NCBI GenBank assembly: GCA_964016885.1
Contig: OZ024743.1
Coordinates: forward strand, 138,074,001 to 138,138,000
DNA: 64,000 nucleotides
Reading direction: 5' to 3'
Source of the DNA: Eledone cirrhosa
Lineage: Eukaryota
In this document: in pieces, positions 1 through 12,200 of the stretch
Numbering within the stretch: position 1 is the stretch's first letter
Layout: each line of letters starts with the position of its first letter
Program-made: the position numbers and the translations under genes
The notes under the pieces: model-generated
Seen by the model: the letters and a program-made list of their open reading frames with translations, nothing else
Databases searched by the model: none
What the model was told of the DNA's origin: nothing

Positions 1-2599
1 GGTGCTTGATGTTTGGTGTTTGGTGCTTGGTGCTTGGTGCTTGGTGTTTGGTGTTTGGTGCTTGGTGCTTGGTGTTTGGTGCTTGGTGTTTGGTGTTTGG
101 TGTTTGATGCTTGGTGTTTGCTGCTTGGTGCTTGGTGCTTGGTGTTTTGTGTTTGGTGCTTGGTGCCTGGTGCCTGGTGCTTGGTGCTTGGTGCTTGTTG
201 TTTGGTGCTTGGTGCTTGGTGATTAGTGTTTGGTGCTTGGTGCTTGCGGTTTGATGTTTGGTGCCTGGGGTTTGGAGTTTGGTGCTTGGTGCTTGGTGTT
301 TGGTGCTTGGTGCTTGGTGTTTGGTGTTTGGTGCTTGGTGCTTGGTGTTTGGTGCTTGGTGCTTGGTGTTTGGTGCTTGGTGTTTGGTGCTTGGTGCTTG
401 GTGCTTGGTGCTTGGTGTTAGGTGTTTGGTGCTTGGTGCTTCGTGTTTGATGTTTGGTCCTTGGTGTTTGGTGTTTGGTGCTTGCTGCTTGCTGCTTGGT
501 GTTTGGTGCTTGGTGATTGGTGCTTGGTGTTTTGTGCTTGGTGCTTGATGTTTGGTGTTTGGTGCTAGGGGCTTGGTGCTTGGTGCTTGGTGTTTGGTGC
601 TTGGTGCTTGCTGTTTGGTGTTTGGTGCTTGGTGCTTGGTGCTTGGTGTTTGGTGCTTGGTGCTTGCTGTTTGGTGTTTGGTCCTTGGTGCTTGGTGTTT
701 GGTGTTTGGTGCTTGGTGCTTGGTGTTTGGTGCTTGGTGCTTGGTGTTTGGTGTTTGGTGGTTGGTGCTTGGGGCTTGGTGTTTGGTGCTTGGTGCTTGG
801 TGTTTGGTGCTTGGTGCTTGGGGCTTGGTAGTTGGTGCTTGGTGCTTGGTGCCTGGTGTTTGGTGTTTGGTGTTTGGTGCTTGGTGTTTGGTGCTTGGTG
901 CTTGGTGCTGGGTGGTTGGTGTTTGGTGCTTGGTGCTTGGTGTTTGGTGCTTGGTGCTTGGTGCTTGTTGTTTGGTGCTTGGTGCTTGGTGCTTGGTCTT
1001 TGGTGCATGGTGTTTGGTGTTTGGCGCTTGGTGCTTGGTGCTTGGTGTTTGGTGCTTGGTGCTTGGTGCTTGGTGTTTGGTGCTTGGTTCTTGGTGATTA
1101 GTGTTTGTTGCTTGGTGCTTGGGGTTTGGTGGTTGGCGCTTGGTGTTTGGTGTTTGGTGTTTGGTGTTTGGTGTTTGGTGTTTGCTGTTTGGTGTCTGCT
1201 TTTTGGTGTTTGGTGTTTGCTGTATGGTGTTTGCTGTTTCGTATTTGGTTTTTGCTGTTTGGTGTTTGGTGTTTGCTGTTTTGTGTTTGGTGTTTGGTGC
1301 TTGGTGCTTGGTGCTTGGTGTTTGGCGTTTGGTGCTTGGAGCTTGGTGTTTGGTGCTTGGTGATTGGTGTTTGGTGTTTGGTGCTTGGTGCCTGGTGCTT
1401 GTTGTATGGTGTTTGGTGCTTGGTGCTTGCTGTTTGGTGTTTGCTGCTTGGTGTCTGGTGTTTGGTGCTTGGTGTTTGGTGTTTGGTGCTTGGTGCTTGG
1501 TGCTTGGTGTTTGGTGTTTGGTGCTTGGTGTTTGGTGTTTGGTGCTGGGTGCATGGAGTTTGGTGCTTGGTGCTTAGTGCTTGGTGTTTGGTGTTTGGTG
1601 CTTGGTATTTGGTGTTTCGTGTTTGATGCTTGGTGTGTGGTGCTTGGTGCTTGGTGTTTTGTGTTTGGTGCTTGGTGCTTGGTGCCTGGTGCTTGGTGCT
1701 TGGTGCTTGTTGTTTGGTGCTTGGTGCTTGGTGATTAGTGTTTGGTGCTTGGTCCTTGGGGTTTGCTGTTTGGTGCGTGGTGCTTGGTATTTGGTGCTTG
1801 GTGCTTGGTGTTTGGTGTTTGGTGCTTGGAGTTTGGTGTTTGGTGCTTGGTGCTTGGTGCTTGGTGTTTGGTGCTTGGTGCTTGGTGTTTGGTGCTTGGT
1901 GCTTTGTGTTTGGTGCTTGGTGTTTGGTGCTTGGTGCTTGGTGCTTGGTGCTTGGTGTTAGGTGTTTGGTGCTTGGTGATTGGTGTTTGATGTTAGGTTC
2001 TTGGTGCTTGGTGTTTGGTGTTTGGTGCTTGGTGCTTGGTGGTTGGTGTTTGGTGCTTGGTGTTTTGTGTTTGGAGTTTGGTGCTTGGTGTTTGGTGCTT
2101 CGGTCTTGGTGTTTGGTGTTTGGTGCTTGGTGCTTGGTGTTTGGTGTTTGGTGCCTGGTGCTTGGTGTTTGGTGGTTGATGTTTGGTGTTTGGTGATTGG
2201 TGCTTGGTGTTTGGTGCTTGGTGCTTGGTGCTTGGTGCTTGGTGTTAGGCGTTTGGTGCTTGGTGCTTGGTGATTGATGTTTGGTCCTTGGTGCTTGGTG
2301 TTTGGTATTTGGTGCTTGGTGCTTGGTGCTTGGTGTTTGGTGTTTGGTGCTTGTTGCTTGCTGCTTGGTGTTTGGAGCTAGGGGCTTGGTGCTTGGTGCT
2401 TGGTGTTTGGTGCTTGGTGCTTGGTGTTTGGTGTTTGGTGCTTGGTGCGTGGGACTTGGTGTTTGGTGCTTGGTGTTTGGAGTTTGGTGTTTGGTGCTTG
2501 GTGCCTGGTGCTTGGTGTTTGGTGTTTGGTGCTTGGTGTTTGGTGCTTGGGGTTTCGTGCTTGGTGTTCGGTGCTTGGTGCTTGGTGCTTGGTGCTTGG

Positions 2600-5474
2600 T
2601 GTTTGGTGTTTGGTGCTTGGTGCTTGGTGTTTGATGTTTGGTCCTTGGTGCTTGGTGTTTGGTGTTGTGTGCTTGGTGCTTGGTGCTTGGTGTTTGGTGC
2701 TTGGTGTTTGGTGCTTGGTGTTTGGTGATTGGTGTTTGGTGCTTGGTGTTTGGGGCTTGGTGTTCGGTGCTTGGTGCTTGGTGCTTGGGGCTTGGTGTTT
2801 GGTGTTTGGTGCTTGGTGCTTGGTGTTTGATCTTGGGTCCTTGGTGCTTGGTCTTTGGTGTTTGGTGCTTGGTGCTTGGTGTTTGGTGCTTGGTGCTTGG
2901 TGTTTGGTGTTTGGTGCTTGGTGCTTGGGGCTTGGTGTTTGGTGCTTGGTGCTTGGTGTTTGGTGCTTGGTGCTTGGGGCTTGGTAGTTGGTGCTTGGTG
3001 CTTGGTGCCTGGTGTTTGGTGTTTGGAGTTTGGTGCTTGGTGTTTGGTGCTTGGTGCTTGGTGCTGGGTGGTTGGTGTTTGGTGCTTGGTGCTTGGTGTT
3101 TGGTGCTTGGTGCTTGGTGCTTGTTGTTTGGTGCTTGGTGCTTGGTGCTTGGTCTTTGGTGCATGGTGTTTGGTGTTTGGCGCTTGGTGCTTGGTGCTTG
3201 GTGTTTGGTGCTTGGTGCTTGGTGCTTGGTGTTTGGTGCTTGGTTCTTGGTGATTAGTGTTTGTTGCTTGGTGCTTGGGGTTTGGTGGTTTGTCCTTGGT
3301 GCTTGGTGTTTGGCGTTTGGTGTTTGGTGTTTGGTGTTTGCTGTTTGGTGTCTGCTTTTTGGTGTTTGGTGTTTGCTGTATGGGGTTTGCTGTTTGGTGC
3401 GTGGAGCTTGGTATTTGGTGCTTGGTGCTTGGTGTTTGGTGTTTGGTGCTTGGGGTTTGGTGTTTGGTGCTTGGTGCTTGGTGTTTGGTGCTTGGTGCTT
3501 GGTGTTTGGTGCTTGGTGCTTTGTGTTTGGTGCTTGGTGTTTGGTGCTTGGTGCTTGGTGCTTGGTGCTTGGTGTTAGGTGTTTGGTGCTTGGTGATTGG
3601 TGTTTGATGTTACGTTCTTGGTGCTTGGTGTTTGGTGTTTGGTCCTTGGTACTTGGTGTTTGGTGTTTGGTGGTTGCTGCTTGGTGCTTGGTGTTTTGTG
3701 TTTGGAGTTTGGTGCTTGGTGTTTGGTGCTTCGGTCTTGGTGTTTGGTGTTTGGTGATTGCTGCTTGGTGCTTGGTGTTTGGTGCTTGGTGCTTGGTGAT
3801 TAGTGTTTGGTGATTGGTGCTTGGGGTTTGCTGTTTGGTGCTTGGTGTTTGGTGCTTGGTGCTTGCTGTTTGGTGTTTGGTGTTTGGTTCTTGGTGCTTG
3901 GTGTTTGGTGTTTGGTGTCTGGTGCTTGGTGCTTGGTGCTTGGTGTTTGGTGCTTGGTGCTTGGTGCTTGGTGTTTGGTGCTGCGTGCTTGGTGTTTGGT
4001 GTTTGGTGCTTGGTGCCTGGTGCTTGTTGTTTGGTGTTTGGTGCTTGGTGCTTGGTGTTTGATGTTTGGTCCTTGGTGCTTGGTGTTTGGTGTTGTGTGC
4101 TTGGTGCTTGGTGCTTGGTGTTTGGTGCTTGGTGTTTGGTGCTTGGTGTTTGGTGATTGGTGTTTGGTGCTTGGTGTTTGGGGCTTGGTGTTCGGTGCTT
4201 GGTGCTTGGTGCTTGGGGCTTGGTGTTTGGTGTTTGGTGCTTGGTGCTTGGTGTTTGATCTTGGGTCCTTGGTGCTTGGTCTTTGGTGTTTGGTGCTTGG
4301 TGCTTGGTGTTTGGTGCTTGGTGCTTGGTGTTTGGTGTTTGGTGCTTGGTGCTTGGGGCTTGGTGTTTGGTGCTTGGTGCTTGGTGTTTGGTGCTTGGTG
4401 CTTGGGGCTTGGTAGTTGGTGCTTGGTGCTTGGTGCCTGGTGTTTGGTGTTTGGAGTTTGGTGCTTGGTGTTTGGTGCTTGGTGCTTGGTGCTGGGTGGT
4501 TGGTGTTTGGTGCTTGGTGCTTGGTGTTTGGTGCTTGGTGCTTGGTGCTTGTTGTTTGGTGCTTGGTGCTTGGTGCTTGGTCTTTGGTGCATGGTGTTTG
4601 GTGTTTGGCGCTTGGTGCTTGGTGCTTGGTGTTTGGTGCTTGGTGCTTGGTGCTTGGTGTTTGGTGCTTGGTTCTTGGTGATTAGTGTTTGTTGCTTGGT
4701 GCTTGGGGTTTGGTGGTTTGTCCTTGGTGCTTGGTGTTTGGCGTTTGGTGTTTGGTGTTTGGTGTTTGCTGTTTGGTGTCTGCTTTTTGGTGTTTGGTGT
4801 TTGCTGTATGGGGTTTGCTGTTTGGTGCGTGGAGCTTGGTATTTGGTGCTTGGTGCTTGGTGTTTGGTGTTTGGTGCTTGGGGTTTGGTGTTTGGTGCTT
4901 GGTGCTTGGTGTTTGGTGCTTGGTGCTTGGTGTTTGGTGCTTGGTGCTTTGTGTTTGGTGCTTGGTGTTTGGTGCTTGGTGCTTGGTGCTTGGTGCTTGG
5001 TGTTAGGTGTTTGGTGCTTGGTGATTGGTGTTTGATGTTACGTTCTTGGTGCTTGGTGTTTGGTGTTTGGTCCTTGGTACTTGGTGTTTGGTGTTTGGTG
5101 GTTGCTGCTTGGTGCTTGGTGTTTTGTGTTTGGAGTTTGGTGCTTGGTGTTTGGTGCTTCGGTCTTGGTGTTTGGTGTTTGGTGATTGCTGCTTGGTGCT
5201 TGGTGTTTGGTGCTTGGTGCTTGGTGATTAGTGTTTGGTGATTGGTGCTTGGGGTTTGCTGTTTGGTGCTTGGTGTTTGGTGCTTGGTGCTTGCTGTTTG
5301 GTGTTTGGTGTTTGGTTCTTGGTGCTTGGTGTTTGGTGTTTGGTGTCTGGTGCTTGGTGCTTGGTGCTTGGTGTTTGGTGCTTGGTGCTTGGTGCTTGGT
5401 GTTTGGTGCTGCGTGCTTGGTGTTTGGTGTTTGGTGCTTGGTGCCTGGTGCTTGTTGTTTGGTGTTTGGTGCTT
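2600..5474 (+). repeat. Tandem HOR duplication, period 1,428 bp (204 heptamers), 2 copies
   Basis: Matching ORF pairs at constant offset 1,428: 2638/4066, 2855/4283, 2988/4416, 3257/4685, 3597/5025. The translations look identical. Confidence 0.95.
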
Positions 5475-8400
5475 AGTGCTTGGTGTTTGGTGTTTGGTGC
5501 TTGGTGCTTGGTGGCTGGTGCTTGGTGCTTGGTGTTTGGAGTTTGGTGCTTGGTGCTTGGTGCCTGGTGTTTCGTGCTTGGTGCTTGGTGCTTGGTGTTT
5601 GGTGTTTGGTGCCTGGTGTTTGGTGTTTGGTACTTGGTGCTTGGTGCTTGGTGCTTGGTGTTTGGTGCTTGGTGTTTGATGCTGCATGCTTGGTGTTTGG
5701 TGTTTGGTGCTTGGTGCTTGGTGTTTGGTGTTTGGAGCTTGGTTCCTGCTGCTTGTTGTTTGGTGTTTGGTGCTTGGTGCTTGGTGTTTGGTGTTTGGTG
5801 CTTGGTGTTTGGTGCTTGGTATCTGGTGTTTGGTGCTTGATGTTTGGTGTTTGGTGCTTGGTGCTTGGTGCTTGGTGTTTGGTGTTTGGTGCTTGGTGCT
5901 TGGTGTTTGGTGCTTGGTGTTTGGTGTTTGGTGTTTGATGCTTGGTGTTTGCTGCTTGGTGCTTGGTGGTTGGTGTTTTGTGTTTGGTGCTTGGTGCCTG
6001 GTGCCTGGTGCTTGGTGCTTGGTGCTTGTTGTTTGGTGCTTGGTGCTTGGTGATTAGTGTTTGGTGCTTGGTGCTTGCGGTTTGATGTTTGGTGCCTGGG
6101 GTTTGGTGTTTGGTGCTTGGTGCTTGGTGTTTGGTGCTTGGTGCTTGGTGTTTGGTGTTTGGTGCTTGGTGCTTGGTGTTTGGTGCTTGGTGCTTGGTGT
6201 TTGGTGCTTGGTGTTTGGTGCTTGGTGCTTGGTGCTTGGTGCTTGGTGTTAGGTGTTTGGTGCTTGGTGCTTCGTGTTTGATGTTTGGTCCTTGGTGCTT
6301 GGTGTTTGGTGTTTGGTGCTTGGTGCTTGGTGTTTGGTGTTTGGTGCTTGCTGCTTGCTGCTTGGTGTTTGGTGCTTGGTGATTGGTGCTTGGTGTTTTG
6401 TGCTTGGTGCTTGATGTTTGGTGTTTGGTGCTAGGGGCTTGGTGCTTGGTGCTTGGTGTTTGGTGCTTGGTGCTTGCTGTTTGGTGTTTGGTGCTTGGTG
6501 CTTGGTGCTTGGTGTTTGATCTTGGGTCCTTGGTGCTTGGTGTTTGGTGTTTGGTGCTTGGTGCTTGGTGTTTGGTGCTTGGTGCTTGGTGTTTGGTGTT
6601 TGGTGGTTGGTGCTTGGGGCTTGGTGTTTGGTGCTTGGTGCTTGGTGTTTGGTGCTTGGTGCTTGGGGCTTGGTAGTTGGTGCTTGGTGCTTGGTGCCTG
6701 GTGTTTGGTGTTTGGTGTTTGGTGCTTGGTGTTTGGTGCTTGGTGCTTGGTGCTGGGTGGTTGGTGTTTGGTGCTTGGTGCTTGGTGTTTGGTGCTTGGT
6801 GCTTGGTGCTTGTTGTTTGGTGCTTGGTGCTTGGTGCTTGGTCTTCGGTGCATGGTGTTTGGTGTTTGGCGCTTGGTGCTTGGTGTTTGGTGTTTGGTGC
6901 TTGGTGCTTGGTGCTTGGTGTTTGGTGCTTGGTTCTTGGTGATTAGTGTTTGGTGCTTGGTGATTGGTGTTTGATGTTACGTTCTTGGTGCTTGGTGTTT
7001 GGTGTTTGGTGCTTGGTACTTGGTGTTTGGTGTTTGGTGGTTGCTGCTTGGTGCTTGGTGTTTTGTGTTTGGAGTTTGGTGCTTGGTGTTTGGTGCTTCG
7101 GTCTTGGTGTTTGGTGTTTGGTGATTGCTGCTTGGTGCTTGGTGTTTGGTGCTTGGTGCTTGGTGATTAGTGTTTGGTGATTGGTGCTTGGGGTTTGCTG
7201 TTTGGTGCTTGGTGTTTGGTGCTTGGTGCTTGCTGTTTGGTGTTTGGTGTTTGGTTCTTGGTGCTTGGTGTTTGGTGTTTGGTGTCTGGTGCTTGGTGCT
7301 TGGTGCTTGGTGTTTGGTGCTTGGTGCTTGGTGCTTGGTGTTTGGTGCTGCGTGCTTGGTGTTTGGTGTTTGGTGCTTGGTGCCTGGTGCTTGTTGTTTG
7401 GTGTTTGGTGCTTAGTGCTTGGTGTTTGGTGTTTGGTGCTTGGTGCTTGGTGGCTGCTGCTTGGTGCTTGGTGTTTGGAGTTTGGTGCTTGGTGCTTGGT
7501 GCCTGGTGTTTCGTGCTTGGTGCTTGGTGCTTGGTGTTTGGTGTTTGGTGCTTGGTGTTTGGTGTTTGGTACTTGGTGCTTGGTGCTTGGTGCTTGGTGT
7601 TTGGTGCTTGGTGTTTGATGCTGCATGCTTGGTGTTTGGTGTTTGGTGCTTGGTGCTTGGTGTTTGGTGTTTGGAGCTCGGTTCCTGCTGCTTGTTGTTT
7701 GGTGTTTGGTGCTTGGTGCTTGGTGTTTGGTGTTTGGTGCTTGGTGTTTGGTGCTTGGTATCTGGTGTTTGGTGCTTGATGTTTGGTGTTTGGTGCTTGG
7801 TGCTTGGTGCTTGGTGTTTGGTGTTTGGTGCTTGGTGCTTGGTGTTTGGTGCTTGGTGTTTGGTGTTTGGTGTTTGATGCTTGGTGTTTGCTGCTTGGTG
7901 CTTGGTGCTTGGTGTTTTGTGTTTGGTGCTTGGTGCCTGGTGCCTGGTGCTTGGTGCTTGGTGCTTGTTGTTTGGTGCTTGGTGCTTGGTGATTAGTGTT
8001 TGGTGCTTGGTGCTTGCGGTTTGATGTTTGGTGCCTGGGGTTTAGTGTTTGGTGCTTGGTGCTTGGTGTTTGGTGCTTGGTGCTTGGTGTTTGGTGTTTG
8101 GTGCTTGGTGCTTGGTGTTTGGTGCTTAGTGCTTGGTGTTTGGTGCTTGGTGTTTGGTGCTTGGTGCTTGGTGCTTGGTGCTTGGTGTTAGGTGTTTGGT
8201 GCTTGGTGCTTCGTGTTTGATGTTTGGTCCTTGGTGCTTGGTGTTTGGTGTTTGGTGCTTGGTGCTTGGTGTTTGGTGTTTGGTGCTTGCTGCTTGCTGC
8301 TTGGTGTTTGGTGCTTGGTGATTGGTGCTTGGTGTTTTGTGCTTGGTGCTTGATGTTTGGTGTTTGGTGCTAGGGGCTTGGTGCTTGGTGCTTGGTGTTT

Positions 8401-8890
8401 GGTGCTTGGTGCTTGCTGTTTGGTGTTTGGTGCTTGGTGCTTGGTGCTTGGTGTTTGATCTTGGGTCATTGGTGCTTGGTGTTTGGTGTTTGGTGCTTGG
8501 TGCTTGGTGTTTGGTGCTTGGTGCTTGGTGTTTGGTGTTTGGTGGTTGGTGCTTGGGGCTTGGTGTTTGGTGCTTGGTGCTTGGTGTTTGGTGCTTGGTG
8601 CTTGGGGCTTGGTAGTTGGTGCTTGGTGCTTGGTGCCTGGTGTTTGGTGTTTGGTGTTTGGTGCTTGGTGTTTGGTGCTTGGTGCTTGGTGCTGGGTGGT
8701 TGGTGTTTGGTGCTTGGTGCTTGGTGTTTGGTGCTTGGTGCTTGGTGCTTGTTGTTTGGTGCTTGGTGCTTGGTGCTTGGTCTTTGGTGCATGGTGTTTG
8801 GTGTTTGGCGCTTGGTGCTTGGTGCTTGGTGTTTGGTGCTTGGTGCTTGGTGCTTGGTGTTTGGTGCTTGGTTCTTGGTGATTAGTGTTT
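5010..8890 (+). repeat. Tandem HOR duplication, period 1,939 bp (277 heptamers), 2 copies with a few SNPs
   Basis: ORF pairs at offset 1,939: 5025/6964, 5235/7174, 5686/7625, 6057/7996, 6383/8322, 6677/8616. Confidence 0.95.
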
Positions 8891-9289
8891 GTTGCTTGGG
8901 GTTTGGTGGTTGGTCCTTGGTGCTTGGTGTTTGGTGTTTGGTGTTTGGTGTTTGGTGTTTGCTGTTTGGTGTCTGCTTTTTGGTGTTTGGTGTTTGCTGT
9001 ATGGTGTTTGCTGTTTCGTATTTGGTTTTTGCTGTTTGGTGTTTGCTGTTTGCTGTTTTGTGTTTGGTGTTTGGTGCTTGGTGCTTGGTGCTTGGTGTTT
9101 GGCGTTTGGTGCTTGGAGCTTGGTGTTTGGTGCTTGGTGATTGGTGTTTGGTGTTTGGTGCTTGGTGCCTGGTGCTTGTTGTATGGTGTTTGGTGCTTGG
9201 TGCTTGGTGTTTGGTGTTTGCTGCTTGGTGTCTGGTGTTTGGTGCTTGGTGTTTGGTGTTTGGTGCTTGGTGCTTGGTGCTTGGTGTTT

Positions 9290-12200
9290 GGTGTTTGGTG
9301 CTTGGTGTTTGGTGTTTGGTGCTGGGTGCATGGAGTTTGGTGCTTGGTGCTTAGTGCTTGGTGTTTGGTGTTTTGTGCTTGGTATTTGGTGTTTGGTGTT
9401 TGATGCTTGGTGTGTGGTGCTTGGTGCTTGGTGTTTTGTGTTTGGTGCTTGGTGCTTGGTGCCTGGTGCTTGGTGCTTGGTGCTTGTTGTTTGGTGCTTG
9501 GTGCTTGGTGATTAGTGTTTGGTGCTTGGTCCTTGGTGCTTGGTGCTTGGTGTTAGGTGTTTGGTGCTTGGTGATTGGTGTTTGATGTTAGGTTCTTGGT
9601 GCTTGGTGTTTGGTGTTTGGTGCTTGGTGCTTGGTGTTTGGTGTTTGGTGCTTGGTGTTTTGTGTTTGGAGTTTGGTGCTTGGTGTTTGGTGCTTCGGTC
9701 TTGGTGTTTGGTGTTTGGTGCTTGGTGCTTGGTGTTTGGTGTTTGGTGCCTGGTGCTTGGTGTTTGGTGGTTGATGTTTGGTGTTTGGTGATTGGTGCTT
9801 GGTGTTTGGTGCTTGGTGCTTGGTGCTTGGTGCTTGGTGCTTGGTGTTAGGCGTTTGGTGCTTGGTGCTTGGTGATTGATGTTTGGTGCTTGGTGCTTGG
9901 TGTTTGGTATTTGGTGCTTGGTGCTTGGTGCTTGGTGTTTGGTGTTTGGTGCTTGCTGCTTGCTGCTTGGTGTTTGGAGCTAGGGGCTTGGTGCTTGGTG
10001 CTTGGTGTTTGGTGCTTGGTGCTTGGTGTTTGGTGTTTGGTGCTTGGTGCGTGGGACTTGGTGTTTGGTGCTTGGTGTTTGGTGTTTGGTGTTTGGTGCT
10101 TGGTGCCTGGTGCTTGGTGTTTGGTGTTTGGTGCTTGGTGTTTGGTGCTTGGGGTTTCGTGCTTGGTGTTCGGTGCTTGGTGCTTGGTGCTTGGTGCTTG
10201 GTGTTTGGTGTTTGGTGCTTGGTGCTTGGTGTTTGATGTTTGGTCCTTGGTGCTTGGTGTTTAGTGTTGTGTGCTTGGTGCTTGGTGCTTGGTGTTTGGT
10301 GCTTGGTGTTTGGTGCTTGGTGTTTGGTGTTTGCTGTTTGCTGTTTGGTGTTTGCTGTTTGCTGTTTGGTGTTTGCTGTTTGGTGTTTGGTGTTTGGTGC
10401 TTGCTGTTTGGTGCTTGGTGCTTGGTGTTTGGTGTTTGGTGCTTGGTGTTTGGTGCTTGGTGCTTGGTGCTGGGTGTTTGGTGCTTGGTGCTTGGTGTTT
10501 GGTGCTTGGTGCTTGGTGCTTGGTGTTTGGTCCTTGGTGCTTGGAGCTTAGTCTTTGGTGCTTGGGTTTTGGTGTTTGGTGCTAGGTGCTTGGTGTTTGG
10601 TGCTTGGTGCTTGGTGCTTGGTGCTTGGTGTTTGGTGCTTGCTGCTTGGTGCTTGGTGTTTGGTGCTTGGTGCTTGGTGATTAGTGTTTGGTGATTGGTG
10701 CTTGGGGTTTGGTTTTTGGGGCTTGGTGTTTGGTGCTTGGTGCTTGCTGTTTGGTGTTTGGTGTTTGGTTCTTGGTGCTTGGTGTTTGGTGTTTGGTGTT
10801 TGGTGCTTGGTGCTTGGTGCTTGTTGTTTGGTGCTTGGTGCTTGATGCTTGGTGTTTGGTGCTGCGTGCTTGGTGTTTAGTGTTTGGTGCTTGGTGCCTG
10901 GTGCTTGTTGTTTGGTGTTTGGTGCTTAGTGCTTGGTGTTTGGTGTTTGGTCCTTGGTGCTTGGTGGCTGGTGTTTGGTGCTTGGTGTTTGGAGTTTGGT
11001 GCTTGGTGCTTGGTGCCTGGTGTTTCGTGCTTGGTGCTTGGTGCTTGGTGTTTGGTGTTTGGTGCTTGGTGTTTGGTGTTTGGTGCTTGGTACTTGGTGC
11101 TTGGTGCTTGGTGCTTGGTGTTTGGTGCTTGGTGTTTGATGCTGCGTGCTTGGTGTTTGGTGTTTGGTGCTTGGTGCTTGGTGTTTGGTGTTTGGAGCTT
11201 GGTGCCTGGTGCTTGTTGTTTGGTGTTTGGCGCTTGGTGCTTGGTGTTTGGTGTTTGGTGCTTGATGTTTGGTGTTTGGTGCTTGGTGCTTGGTGCTTGG
11301 TATCTGGTGTTTGGTGCTTGATGTTTGGTGTTTGGTGCTTGGTGTTTGGTGTTTGGTGCTTGGTGCTTGGTGTTTGGTGCTTGGTGTTTGGTGTTTGGTG
11401 TTTGATGCTTGGTGTTTGCTGCTTGGTGCTTGGTGCTTTGTGTTTTGTGTTTGGTGCTTGGTGCTTGGTGCCTGGTGCTTGGTGCTTGGTGCTTGTTGTC
11501 AGGTGCTTGGTGCTTGGTGATTAGTGTTTGGTGCTTGGTTTGCGGTATGGTGTTAGGTGCTTGGGGTTTGGTGTTTGGTGCTTGGTGCTTGGTGTTTGGT
11601 GCTTGGTGCTTGGTGCTTGGTGTTTGGTGCTTGGTGCTTGGTGTTTGGTGTTTGGTGCTTGGTGTTTGGTGTTTGGCGTTTGCTGTTTGCTGTTTGCTGT
11701 TTGGTGTTTGCTGTTTGGTGTTTGCTGTTTGGTGTTTGGTGTTTGGTGCTTGCTGTTTGGTGCTTGGTGCTTGGTGTTTGGTGTTTGGTGCTTGGTGCTT
11801 GGTGCTGGGTGTTTGGTGCTTGGTGCTTGGTGTTTGGTGCTTGGTGCTTGGTGCTTGGTGTTTGGTCCTTGGTGCTTGGTGCTTGGTCTTTGGTGCTTGG
11901 GTTTTGGTGTTTGGTGCTTGGTGCTTGGTGTTTGGTGCTTGGTTCTTGGTGCTTGGTGCTTGGTGTTTGGTGATTGCTGCTTGGTGCTTGGTGTTTGGTG
12001 CTTGGTGCTTGGTGATTAGTGTTTGGTGATTGGTGCTTGGGGTTTGCTGTTTGGTGCTTGGTGTTTGGTGTTTGGTGCTTGCTGTTTGGTGTTTGGTGTT
12101 TGGTTCCTGGTGCTTGGTTTTTGGTGTTTGGTGTTTGGTGCTTGGTGCTTGGTGCTTGGTGTTTGGTGCTTGGTGCTTGGTGCTTGCTCTTTGGTGCTGC

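Larger units (their letters stand above)
1..10320 (+). repeat. Diverged direct repeat: ~1-2,710 recurs at ~7,771-10,320
   Basis: ORF pairs 13/7783 (offset 7,770), 832/8616 (7,784), 1364/9141 (7,777), 1980/9575 (7,595), 2281/9883 and 2638/10240 (7,602). All offsets are multiples of 7. Confidence 0.85.

Noticed and set aside
905-920. Chi-like sequence GCTGGGTGG (and GGCTGGTGC near 5513)
   Set aside because: Neither is the E. coli Chi octamer GCTGGTGG. Near-matches are expected from variants of a GGTG-rich repeat.
2372-2390. GGAGCT/GGGGCT motifs resembling immunoglobulin switch-region pentamers
   Set aside because: They are sparse single-base variants of the heptamer, not dense GAGCT/GGGGT pentamer arrays.
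1098-5687. 1,529-aa minus-strand ORF (TKHQAPS/TKHQTPN repeats) and similar long ORFs such as 23758..26733 and 50388..52703, superficially mucin-like or reminiscent of a heptad-repeat domain
   Set aside because: The minus strand has almost no T, so stop codons are rare by composition. All three frames give the same peptide, the period is 7 rather than a multiple of 3, and there is no non-repetitive domain or codon-position bias.
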